Notes: generated from the sequence alone by a model not told the origin. A DNA stretch of 35,012 bases from Anaerolineaceae bacterium (GCA_027348305.1 DAIEPS010000001.1:1-35012), one strand, 5' to 3'; shown: positions 9,663-17,914, counted from the stretch's first letter. A program made the numbers and translations.

Positions 9663-10667
9663 GTGACATCTCCTGAAGTCTCAATTGTGATCCCATGTTT
9701 GAATGAAGAAAAGAATATCGTCGCTTTATTGGAGGCGATCTATCATCAAACATACCCCCATACCAAATTGGAGGTGATCATTTCAGATGCACTCTCAACC
9801 GATCTGACCCGCCAGAAGATAACAGATTTTCAATCGCAGCATCCCGATCTGTTCATTAAAGTTATCGATAACCCCGCACGCAAGATTCCGACCGGTTTGA
9901 ACCAGGCAATCAGGGCAGCACGCGGGCAAATCATCACACGCATGGACGCGCATGCCATCCCCGCTGTGGATTATGTTGAGCGTAGTGTTTACGGGCTTAA
10001 AGCAGGTCTGGGTGACAACGTGGGTGGTGTGATCGATGTCAGACCGGGTGCCAATACCTGGATCGCACGATCCATTTCGGTGGCCACGGCACATCCACTG
10101 GGGGTGGGAGACGCCAAATACCGCTGGGCAACCAAAGCCGGCGAAGCAGATACAGTGGCATTTGGCACTTATACCAAATCCAAGGTTGAAGAGATCGGTT
10201 ATTACAACGAAGCCCTGCAAGCGAACGAGGATTACGAATTCAATTCACGGCTTCGGGCCTCAGGCGGCAAGATCTGGATCGATCCGCTGATCCGGGCAGT
10301 TTATTACTCGCGTGCCACTATAAAAACATTGGCCAGGCAGTACTTCACATACGGGTTCTGGAAATTCCGCATGCTGCGTCGCAACCCTGAAACCCTGCGC
10401 TGGCGGCAGGCGCTTCCACCTGTTTTTGTGCTTGGTGTTTTAATGTTATTATTACTTTCCGCTTTTTTTTCTTGGGCAAGGGTTTTATTAATCATCTGCC
10501 TCGGAGTATACTTATTGATCTTGATCGCAGCTTCTGCAAAAATTGCCCTCAACAAATCTGACTTGCCCCTGGTCTTCGGAATTCCGCTGGCCATTGGCTG
10601 TATGCATTTTTGTTGGGGTGCCGGTTTTTGGTGGAGCCTGTTTAACCCGAAAAAAGAAGGAATTTAG
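9663..10667 (+). CDS. Family-2 glycosyltransferase, ExoA-like, with C-terminal membrane helices
   Basis: Has VSIVIPCLNEE, RMDAH, HPLGVGDAKYR and GGKIWIDPLIRAVYYSRATIKTLARQYFTYGFW. GTG start preceded by GAGGGA. Confidence 0.85.
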   Translation: MTSPEVSIVIPCLNEEKNIVALLEAIYHQTYPHTKLEVIISDALSTDLTRQKITDFQSQHPDLFIKVIDNPARKIPTGLNQAIRAARGQIITRMDAHAIPAVDYVERSVYGLKAGLGDNVGGVIDVRPGANTWIARSISVATAHPLGVGDAKYRWATKAGEADTVAFGTYTKSKVEEIGYYNEALQANEDYEFNSRLRASGGKIWIDPLIRAVYYSRATIKTLARQYFTYGFWKFRMLRRNPETLRWRQALPPVFVLGVLMLLLLSAFFSWARVLLIICLGVYLLILIAASAKIALNKSDLPLVFGIPLAIGCMHFCWGAGFWWSLFNPKKEGI

Positions 10668-10674
10668 GACCTGT

Positions 10675-12090
10675 ATGGAGCGTAAACAAACAACCGGAAA
10701 ACTCAGAATTCGCGGTGGTGAAAGACAGTTCATCCTGTTGCTGGGCGATCTGATTGTCTCTAGTCTTTCGGTTTTCATAGCTCTTTATTTTTGGGCTCAA
10801 AAAGACTGGCTTAATTTCTCATGGAATTTCTTAAACCAGCGGGCTCCTTTTTGGTTTTATCTGCTTCCCTTCATTTGGTCCCTGATGCTGATCGAACTTT
10901 ATGACACTCGCAAGGCCAACCGCCACAGTGATGTATTGCGCGGTGTCGGCACGGCGTTCGGTTTCAGTGTTCTCATCTATCTTTTGATCTTTTTCCTTTC
11001 ACAATCCAATTCACTGCCACGACGCGGTGTGGCCGTCTTTCTTGTTTCGGTAACCCTGCTCACCATCCTCTGGCGGTTCATCTCCATCGCCATTTTCACC
11101 GCCCCCGTGTTCAACCGCAGGGTGCTGGTGATCGGTGCCGGCAGGGCAGGGTCCACCCTGGTTGGCATGGTGAAACGCATCAAGCCTGAGCCTTTTACAC
11201 TGGTCGGATATATCGACGATGATCCAAAAAAGCTGGGTATGGTTATTGAAGAAGTACCTGTGATCGGCACGACTGAAACCTTGCTTTCTTGTATTGAACA
11301 AGAAAAGATCACTGACATGATCTTTGCCATTTCTGGAGAAATGAAGCCTGATCTTTTTAGATCGGTTTTGCTGGCACAGGAAGAAGGCACGGATCTTATT
11401 TCGATGCCGACGATCTACGAAGATGTGTTTGGGCGGGTGCCCATCTTTCTGCTGCAATCAGATTGGATCTTGCGCTCCTTCATCGACCAGGCGCAAACCT
11501 CCGGCATCTATGAAGTCATCAAGCGGCTGCTCGATATTTTGAGCGGAATGATTGGTTTGGTTTTTCTCATGGTTTTGTATCCATTCGTTGCACTGACCAT
11601 TCTGTTGGATGATGGATTCCCGATCTTTTACAGTCAGATGCGCGTAGGCAAGAACGGCAAACCTTACAAGATCTACAAATTCCGCACCATGCGCAAAGAC
11701 TCTGAAAGCGACGGTGTAGCACGGATGACGACCACCGGCGACAGCCGCATCACGCGTCTCGGCAAGTTCCTGCGCCGCAGCCATGTGGATGAATTGCCGC
11801 AAGTGATCAATATTCTTAAAGGTGAGAACAGCCTGATCGGTCCACGGGCCGAGCAGATCGAACTTGTCAACCAGTTCCAGGAACAGATCCCTTTTTATCG
11901 CGCCAGACTGTATGTCAAACCGGGGTTGACTGGATGGGCGCAAGTGAACCAACGCTATGCTTCAACGGTTGAAGATACCGCTGTTAAATTGGAATATGAT
12001 CTTTACTATATCAAACACAGGAACCTGCTTCTGGACATGAACATTGCCATCCGGACAATTGGTGCCGTCCTGGGATTCAGAGGTCTGTAA
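10675..12090 (+). CDS. Polyprenyl-phosphate sugar-phosphate transferase (WbaP/EpsB-type large PGT)
   Basis: N-terminal TM helices, a Rossmann-like VLVIGAGRAGS region, and a C-terminal bacterial sugar-transferase domain (PIFYSQMRVGKNGKPYKIYKFRTM, DELPQVINILKGENSLIGPRA). The ATG at 10675 follows the GT2 stop by 7 nt. The listed start at 10543 would overlap the GT2 gene by 125 nt. Confidence 0.85.
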   Translation: MERKQTTGKLRIRGGERQFILLLGDLIVSSLSVFIALYFWAQKDWLNFSWNFLNQRAPFWFYLLPFIWSLMLIELYDTRKANRHSDVLRGVGTAFGFSVLIYLLIFFLSQSNSLPRRGVAVFLVSVTLLTILWRFISIAIFTAPVFNRRVLVIGAGRAGSTLVGMVKRIKPEPFTLVGYIDDDPKKLGMVIEEVPVIGTTETLLSCIEQEKITDMIFAISGEMKPDLFRSVLLAQEEGTDLISMPTIYEDVFGRVPIFLLQSDWILRSFIDQAQTSGIYEVIKRLLDILSGMIGLVFLMVLYPFVALTILLDDGFPIFYSQMRVGKNGKPYKIYKFRTMRKDSESDGVARMTTTGDSRITRLGKFLRRSHVDELPQVINILKGENSLIGPRAEQIELVNQFQEQIPFYRARLYVKPGLTGWAQVNQRYASTVEDTAVKLEYDLYYIKHRNLLLDMNIAIRTIGAVLGFRGL

Positions 12091-13982
12091 TGAAATCAAA
12101 ACCTAATATTCGTAATCGTTATGTATTTCTCATTGACCTTGTGCTAATAGTCTTTTCCGTTCTGGGCGCTTATGCACTGCGCCTTGAAATGGGAGCTCTT
12201 TTCTATTTCTACCTGAAATCAGCCTACTGGATGATCGGGGTTTCGCTGGTGCTGAAGACCATCGTTTATTATACGTTTGGCATGTACCGGCGTATGTGGG
12301 TTTACGCCAGCATCAAAGAATTGAGATTGATCGTTGGTGCGGTAACCACAGCTTCAGTGTTGGTGACCGGTGTGATGATCTTTATTTCGACGCTCAAAGT
12401 CTTCAATGGTTTCCCCCGGTCGGTGTTGATAATCGACTGGCTGCTCTCAATGGTCATGGTCGGCGGCGTCAGATTCATGCTGCGGTTTTTAGCCGAGAGC
12501 ATGACCTCTTCTTCAACCAATGGAAAAAGCCACCAGGCTAAACGAGCGCTGATCGTTGGAGCAGGTGACGCAGGCGCTTTGGTGGTACGTGAACTGCAAA
12601 AGAATACCGAACTGAATTTAAACCCCGTTGGTTTTCTGGATGACAATCCGGGCAAGCAGCGCCAGCAGATCCACGGCATTCCAGTCATTGGCAATGTCAC
12701 CGAAATGGGCAAGGTGCTTGAACAAAAGCGGATCGATGAAGTGATCATCGCCATCCCCAGTGCGGGTGGTAAAACCATCCGTATGGTGGCGGATATCTGC
12801 CGTTTAAAGGGTATTCCCTTTCGCACCATGCCGGGCATTTACGAATTATTGGGCGGCAAGGTTAACATCAGCCGTCTGCGTGATGTGGATATCACCGACT
12901 TGTTGAGGCGGCAGCCTTCTCACATGAAGGAAGAACTGGTGGGCTATACCTTAAGCGGAAAGACGGTCGTCGTCACCGGCGCGGGCGGTTCCATCGGACG
13001 CGAACTCTGCCGGCAAATTTCCCGTTGGAACCCCTCAGGATTGATCCTGCTTGGACACGGCGAAAACAGCATTTTTGAAACCCTGCTAGAAATACAGGAA
13101 CTTCATCCTTCATTACCTATCTATCCGGTGATCGTGGACGTGCGCGACAGCGAACGTTTGGAGAAGGTCTTCTCAAAGCATAAACCGGATGTCGTCTTCC
13201 ATGCTGCGGCGCACAAACACGTGCCCCTGATGGAAATGAATATTGACGAAGCGGTGAACAATAACGTCCGTGGTACGCGCAATGTGGTCAATGCCTGTGT
13301 TAAGTTTGATATCAAACACCTGGTGATGATCTCGACTGACAAAGCCATCAAACCGGTGAACATCATGGGCGCCACCAAACGTTTCTCCGAAATGATCGTT
13401 TTGGATGCCGCCAAACGAACGGGCAATGCTTACAGCGTTGTGCGTTTTGGCAACGTCTTGGGCAGCCGTGGCAGTGTCGTGCCGCTCTTCAAACACCAGA
13501 TCGCCCGCGGCGGACCGGTGACCATCACACATCCTGACATGAAACGCTACTTCATGACCATTCCAGAAGCCGTTTACCTTGTGCTCCAGGCGGCTGGCAT
13601 GAGCAAGGGCGGTGAAATGTATGTGCTCAACATGGGTCAGCAGGTCAAGATCGTTGACCTGGCTGAAGATTTGATCAGGCTTTCAGGGCTTGAACCTGGC
13701 AAGGATATCGAAATTGCATTTACCGGCATCCGCCCGGGAGAGAAGTTGAGCGAAGATCTGTGGGAGGAAGGCAACCGCTTTATGCCCACCCAGCACCCTG
13801 ATATTTATCAATATGATGATCCCAACAATATAATGGGTGAAGAACTCGGTGACCAGATCGATCAACTGCTGGTGTTGGCAGATAAGGGTGATTCAACAGA
13901 GATCGTCAAATTTGTAGATGCCAACATCCCAGGTTCGGAATTAGCCGCCACCCCGCCACCAGATCTAATTTCCATCGACTGA
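12090..13982 (+). CDS. Membrane-anchored UDP-HexNAc 4,6-dehydratase of the PglF/WbpM/CapD type
   Basis: Four N-terminal TM helices and two nucleotide-binding motifs (IVGAGDAGA, VTGAGGSIG). It has STDKA plus MGATKR, i.e. the Thr-Asp-Lys catalytic block with Met in place of the SDR Tyr, as in PglF-type enzymes. Its start overlaps the preceding stop (TAATG). Confidence 0.85.
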   Translation: MKSKPNIRNRYVFLIDLVLIVFSVLGAYALRLEMGALFYFYLKSAYWMIGVSLVLKTIVYYTFGMYRRMWVYASIKELRLIVGAVTTASVLVTGVMIFISTLKVFNGFPRSVLIIDWLLSMVMVGGVRFMLRFLAESMTSSSTNGKSHQAKRALIVGAGDAGALVVRELQKNTELNLNPVGFLDDNPGKQRQQIHGIPVIGNVTEMGKVLEQKRIDEVIIAIPSAGGKTIRMVADICRLKGIPFRTMPGIYELLGGKVNISRLRDVDITDLLRRQPSHMKEELVGYTLSGKTVVVTGAGGSIGRELCRQISRWNPSGLILLGHGENSIFETLLEIQELHPSLPIYPVIVDVRDSERLEKVFSKHKPDVVFHAAAHKHVPLMEMNIDEAVNNNVRGTRNVVNACVKFDIKHLVMISTDKAIKPVNIMGATKRFSEMIVLDAAKRTGNAYSVVRFGNVLGSRGSVVPLFKHQIARGGPVTITHPDMKRYFMTIPEAVYLVLQAAGMSKGGEMYVLNMGQQVKIVDLAEDLIRLSGLEPGKDIEIAFTGIRPGEKLSEDLWEEGNRFMPTQHPDIYQYDDPNNIMGEELGDQIDQLLVLADKGDSTEIVKFVDANIPGSELAATPPPDLISID

Positions 13983-13984
13983 TT

Positions 13985-14980
13985 ATGAAAGTTACCCTCG
14001 AAGAGTGGAATGACTTTGTAGCCAAACATCCGAATGCCCATATATTGCAATCGGGGGCGTGGGGTGAATTGAAGTCTTCGTTCGGCTGGAAGGCCGTGCG
14101 TGTCATTAACGAAGAGTGTGGCGCCCAGGTTTTGTTCCGCAAACTTCCTGGCGGCTTTACCGTCGGCTACATCCCCAAGGGCCCCATTGGGCAGGGCTGC
14201 GGGCTTTTCAATGAATTGGATGAGGTCTGCCGTGAAAACCGTGCGATCTTCCTCAAGGTGGAACCGGATATCTGGGAGCCTGAGCAGGCGCTCTCGATCG
14301 TTGAGCAGCCTGGATGGGTGAAGACGAAATCCGTTCAACCGCAGCGTACGGTGGTTGTCTCGTTGAACGGCTCCGAAGAAGAGATCCTTGACCGCATGAA
14401 ACAGAAGACCCGTTATAACATCCACCTGGCAGAAAAAAAGGGGATCGAGGTCAGGGTAACCGATGACATCCAGGCTTATCACGAAATGAGTGAGTTGACC
14501 GGCAAGCGGGATGGTTTCGGTGTGCATGCATTTGAGTATTATAAAAAAGCGCTTGACCTTTTCAAACCCGCCGGCCATGCTGATCTGCTGGTTGCCTACT
14601 ATCAAAACCGGCCTGTTGCGGGCCTGATCGTTTTTGCACTCGGTGATATGGCCTGGTATATGTACGGCGCTTCGAGTGATGAAGAGCGCAACCGCATGCC
14701 CACGTATCTGCTTCAATGGGAAGCCATGAAGTGGGCGAGAAAAATGAACTGCAAATTTTACGATCTATGGGGCATCCCTGATGTCGACGAGGAAGTGCTT
14801 GAAGAAGAATTCACAAAAAAGCACAGTCACGACGGCCTGTGGGGTGTCTACCGTTTCAAACGCGGATTTGGTGGCGAAGTTTTCCGCAGCGTGGGTGCCT
14901 GGGACCGTACCTACTTTCCGGGTATCTACAAGATCTACCGGCAGATATTGCATTTGCGCGGCGGGGATGAAGTGGGATGA
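13985..14980 (+). CDS. FemAB-family (FemX-like size) aminoacyl-tRNA-dependent peptidyltransferase, copy 1
   Basis: Has HILQSGAWGELKSSFGWKA, MKQKTRYNIHLAEKKGIEV, YMYGASSDEERNRMPTYLLQWEAMKWARK and WGVYRFKRGFGGE. At 331 aa it has no room for the FemA coiled-coil insertion. Confidence 0.8.
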   Translation: MKVTLEEWNDFVAKHPNAHILQSGAWGELKSSFGWKAVRVINEECGAQVLFRKLPGGFTVGYIPKGPIGQGCGLFNELDEVCRENRAIFLKVEPDIWEPEQALSIVEQPGWVKTKSVQPQRTVVVSLNGSEEEILDRMKQKTRYNIHLAEKKGIEVRVTDDIQAYHEMSELTGKRDGFGVHAFEYYKKALDLFKPAGHADLLVAYYQNRPVAGLIVFALGDMAWYMYGASSDEERNRMPTYLLQWEAMKWARKMNCKFYDLWGIPDVDEEVLEEEFTKKHSHDGLWGVYRFKRGFGGEVFRSVGAWDRTYFPGIYKIYRQILHLRGGDEVG

Positions 14981-15498
14981 ACCATTACTGCTTGATGTGC
15001 GGCACCCAATTAGTGACGAAGCTTATCGAAGATAGAGAGCGTGAGATCTGCCCCCGCTGCGGGTGGATCTATTACAAGCAATACAAGGTCAGTGCCGGTG
15101 TGCGTATAGAAAAAGATGGAAGCTTGTTACTGGTTCAACGCGGCATCGATCCATGGAAGGGCCGTTGGTACATGCCAGCGGGGTTCCTCGAGATCAATGA
15201 AGACCTTGAACAGGCTGCTGCCCGCGAAGCATTTGAAGAGACTGGATTAAAAGTCAAAACACTCGATCTGGCCGGGGTTTACACTTATGATGATGACCCA
15301 CGGGGCAATGGCATTGTCTTTATTTATGATGCAGAGATCCTCGGCGGAGAAATGCAGGTCACTGCTGAAACCAGCCAGATCGGTTTCTTTTCACCGGGTG
15401 ACCTTGCCCAAATGGAATTTACCGGTAAAAGCGGCAGTCACCAAATTGGCGACTGGTTGAAAACCAAAGGCGTTCAATTGGAAGTAAACCATGCCTGA
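14977..15498 (+). CDS. Nudix hydrolase with an N-terminal zinc ribbon
   Basis: CLMCG...CPRCG ribbon, and a complete Nudix box GFLEINEDLEQAAAREAFEETGL (Gx5Ex7REx2EExG). It overlaps the upstream gene by 4 nt and the downstream gene by 8 nt. Confidence 0.85.
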   Translation: MNHYCLMCGTQLVTKLIEDREREICPRCGWIYYKQYKVSAGVRIEKDGSLLLVQRGIDPWKGRWYMPAGFLEINEDLEQAAAREAFEETGLKVKTLDLAGVYTYDDDPRGNGIVFIYDAEILGGEMQVTAETSQIGFFSPGDLAQMEFTGKSGSHQIGDWLKTKGVQLEVNHA

Positions 15499-16585
15499 AC
15501 AGTCTTGGGACGAACTGATCAAAGATCTGCCAAACAGCCATGTGCTTCAAACCACTGAATGGGCCGAGGTGAAGCGCGAGGTGGGTTGGCGTGCCCACCC
15601 GCTGACCTGGAATAATGATGCGGGTGAGGTGGTTGCCGCGGCCAATATTTTGGTGCGCTCCATGCGTCCGCTTGGCATCGGGCCGAAAATGTCGATCGGC
15701 TACATTCCGCGTGGACCGATGCTGGATTGGAACGACCAGGCATTAAGACAAAAAGTATTGGTTGAGATCGAACAATTTACCCGTGAGAATGGGCTGATCT
15801 TTATGAAGATGGACCCTGACCTTGAGTTGGGCAGGGGCATCCCGGGCGGTGAAAAAGCAGAAGAGAATTCGCTGGGCAAGATCGTCACTGACGAATGGCT
15901 GCAGCGCAAATGGCGTTATTCGGTTGAACAGATCCAATTCAAAAATACAGCGGTGCTTGATCTGAGCGGCACCGAAGAAGATTGGCTCAAGCGCATGAAA
16001 CAGAAGGCGCGTTACAACCTGCGCCTGGCGCAGCGTAGCGGGGTCACGATTCGCGCAGCCAAAGAGCTTGAACTGCCTGCTCTCTATCACCTTTACGCCC
16101 AAACAGCTTCAAGAGACCATTTCATCATCCGCGAAGAGGATTATTATCTGGGTGTCTGGCGCCGTTTTATCAACGCTGGCATGGCGGATGCCCTTATCGC
16201 TGAGGTGGAAGGCCAATTGGTGGCCGGGCTGATGCTTTTCCATTTTGGCAAGCGCGCCTGGTACCTGTATGGCATGTCCAGCCCGCTGCACCGAGAAAAA
16301 ATGCCCAATAACCTGCTGCAGTGGGAAGCCATGCGGCTGGCCAAAGAAAAGGGCTGCGAAGTCTACGACCTTTGGGGTGCACCAGATGCGTTTGATGAAT
16401 CGGATCCCATGTTTGGTGTCTTTCGGTTTAAAGAAGGCCTGGGCGCCGAAGTGGTCCGCTCTGCCGGGGCATGGGATTACCCCGTGAAACCGGGTTTGTA
16501 CTTCATCTATCACCAGGTACTGCCGCGTCTGCTCAAAATCACCCGCTTTTTGCGCCGGGGCAGGCTTCAGCAGGAAGTGCGTTGA
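15491..16585 (+). CDS. FemAB-family peptidyltransferase, copy 2 (paralog of 13985-14980)
   Basis: Has HVLQTTEWAEVKREVGWRA, MKQKARYNLRLAQRSGVTI, YLYGMSSPLHREKMPNNLLQWEAMRLAKE and FGVFRFKEGLGAE. It is collinear with copy 1 over the whole length. Confidence 0.8.
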   Translation: MPEQSWDELIKDLPNSHVLQTTEWAEVKREVGWRAHPLTWNNDAGEVVAAANILVRSMRPLGIGPKMSIGYIPRGPMLDWNDQALRQKVLVEIEQFTRENGLIFMKMDPDLELGRGIPGGEKAEENSLGKIVTDEWLQRKWRYSVEQIQFKNTAVLDLSGTEEDWLKRMKQKARYNLRLAQRSGVTIRAAKELELPALYHLYAQTASRDHFIIREEDYYLGVWRRFINAGMADALIAEVEGQLVAGLMLFHFGKRAWYLYGMSSPLHREKMPNNLLQWEAMRLAKEKGCEVYDLWGAPDAFDESDPMFGVFRFKEGLGAEVVRSAGAWDYPVKPGLYFIYHQVLPRLLKITRFLRRGRLQQEVR

Positions 16586-16642
16586 GGGTGGTAGTATGAT
16601 TGGCATTAATGAAGCTTCTATGGATCAACTGGAACCCCGCTC

Positions 16643-17485
16643 ATGAACCTCGATATTGATACAACATTCAAGGTGTTTCTGGTCATGTTGGGAATTGGTG
16701 TGATCGCCAGCGTTGTCATGGCGATCAAATCACTCAATGCTGCCCGGCATCTTAAGTTTTACCGCAAACGCCAGGATCTGATCGAATACGGCTGGCGCTT
16801 GATCTTCTTCGCGTTCTTGATGGTCGGGATTGGATTTGTGTTCTATCGATTTGGCGAGCCGATAGCCTATCACTATTTTCCGCCGTCACCGACCATTACC
16901 CGCACGCCAACCATCACCACCACGCCCACCATCACGCTAACCCTACAGAATTCGCTGACACCGACCATCACGCCCACCCTGGCGCAGACCTATACCCCCA
17001 GTTTGCCTACGGAGGTGATGGCGACCATTTTGACCCCGGTTGGACCGGATGCTAATGCGATCTTCAGCCCCATCCAGTTTTCGACAGAAACCGACAAAGA
17101 CGGATTGTTGATCAATACCACTGACACTTTCACACTACCCATTACTTCGCTTTATGCCGGTTATACGTTTGACAAAATGACCACAGGTGTACGCTGGACG
17201 GCGGTCTGGTTGTATGATGGAAAATACCTTTGCGCCGAAACGCAGATCTGGAAGTTCTCCACTGGCGGTGCGGGTTATTCAGATTGGTGCAACCAGAAGA
17301 TCACCCCTGACATGTGGAAACCTGGAGACTACGAAGTGCAGATATTTGTGGGCCAGACCTGGAAGACTTCAGGCAAGTTCACCATCCTGGGGAATGAACC
17401 GACGCTTGACCCTTCAGTATCGGTGACAAACACACTGTCCCTGCCGCAAGTCACGCTTACCCCCAGTTTGACGCCAAAACCGTAA
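16643..17485 (+). CDS. Two-pass membrane protein with a Thr/Pro repeat linker and a beta-rich extracytoplasmic domain
   Basis: Two hydrophobic helices (aa 10-28 and 52-68), then SPTITRTPTITTTPTITLT...TPTITPT, then a Trp/Tyr/Gly-rich domain. It is the last gene of the glycan operon. No family was recognised. Confidence 0.6.
   Translation: MNLDIDTTFKVFLVMLGIGVIASVVMAIKSLNAARHLKFYRKRQDLIEYGWRLIFFAFLMVGIGFVFYRFGEPIAYHYFPPSPTITRTPTITTTPTITLTLQNSLTPTITPTLAQTYTPSLPTEVMATILTPVGPDANAIFSPIQFSTETDKDGLLINTTDTFTLPITSLYAGYTFDKMTTGVRWTAVWLYDGKYLCAETQIWKFSTGGAGYSDWCNQKITPDMWKPGDYEVQIFVGQTWKTSGKFTILGNEPTLDPSVSVTNTLSLPQVTLTPSLTPKP
16880..17011 (+). repeat. Imperfect in-frame tandem repeat encoding (T-P-T-I-T)n
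   Basis: Reiterated ACGCC(A/C)ACCATCAC-like 15-nt units, read directly in the sequence. This is a coding low-complexity linker. Confidence 0.6.
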
Positions 17486-17654
17486 TTTTGTGGATCAATT
17501 GATTGTATAAGTTATTGGATGACTGCCTGTTCACATATCAGTAGTTCAATTATGAACATAAAAATTGCTCGTGTGCGTTTGGTTGAATATTTGAGTTCTT
17601 TAGCCAGCCTAATTGAACTGGCTAAAAATAAAAATCCAAAACTAACCCTAGACG

Positions 17655-17681
17655 CCGGGAATCTAAAAACTAGATTCCCGG
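17655..17681. repeat. Hairpin repeat, copy A (core CCGGGAATCT / AGATTCCCGG)
   Basis: CCGGGAATCTA-aaaac-TAGATTCCCGG: a perfect 11-bp stem that shares its core with copies B and C. Confidence 0.7.
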
Positions 17682-17740
17682 TGTTCTGCCAAAATAGTGC
17701 AAAAAACTCCAGTAATAGTCCTCATTTTTGTTTACTGGTA

Positions 17741-17785
17741 AATACCGGGAATCTGCACGTGATTCCCGGTATCTGGGGGTTAACC
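17741..17785 (+). repeat. Hairpin repeat, copy B (about 46-nt unit)
   Basis: AATACCGGGAATCTGCAC-gt-GATTCCCGGTATCTGGGGGTTAACC. The arms and 3' tail match 30541-30588 except at one base; the loop differs. Confidence 0.8.
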
Positions 17786-17914
17786 AATTAGGTTAATATC
17801 TATTTGATCCAGTATGAAGGTTCACATAGTACATTTGGTATTGGAAAACCCAATATGTTAGAATAATTATTGTTGATGTTGTTCGATCTTTATCCTAATA
17901 AAACGCAGGTATAA

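Noticed and set aside
10543-10674. The upstream start (10543) listed for the sugar-transferase ORF.
   Set aside because: It would overlap the GT2 gene by 125 nt and adds a Cys/Trp-rich, non-homologous N-terminus. The ATG at 10675 follows the GT2 stop by 7 nt and begins a sensible cytoplasmic N-terminus before the first TM helix.
13862-14716. A 284-aa minus-strand ORF. Similar long antisense ORFs lie at 11458-11952, 12302-12838, 16109-16606, 23422-24060, 25269-25835, 29468-29977, 31544-32179 and 32258-32791.
   Set aside because: Each lies entirely antisense to a gene whose product carries clear family motifs (FemAB, sugar transferase, dehydratase, PGI/PMI, DinB, GT4, ATC-hydrolase-like, methyltransferase). 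Their translations are Arg/Gly/His-rich and low in complexity, and they lack ribosome-binding sites. This is typical of stop-poor antisense frames in moderately GC-rich genes.
17611-17623. A 13-nt identity (AATTGAACTGGCT) between 17611-17623 and 21446-21458, both near hairpins.
   Set aside because: Several exact 13-mers are expected to recur by chance in a 35-kb window (roughly ten by a back-of-envelope estimate). The flanks do not align.
17655-17785. Possible CRISPR array formed by the repeated hairpins.
   Set aside because: Only two adjacent copies are present, they have different lengths and loops, the spacing is irregular, and there are no cas genes. The third copy is 12.8 kb away.
17519-17791. 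Listed ORFs 17519-17791 and 30266-30610 share the peptide NTGNLH..IPGIWGLT, which could suggest a small conserved protein.
   Set aside because: The shared peptide is the palindromic DNA hairpin repeat read in one frame. Outside the repeat the two ORFs have no similarity, no Shine-Dalgarno and implausible composition. The minus strand of the second locus carries a recognisable YhcH remnant instead.
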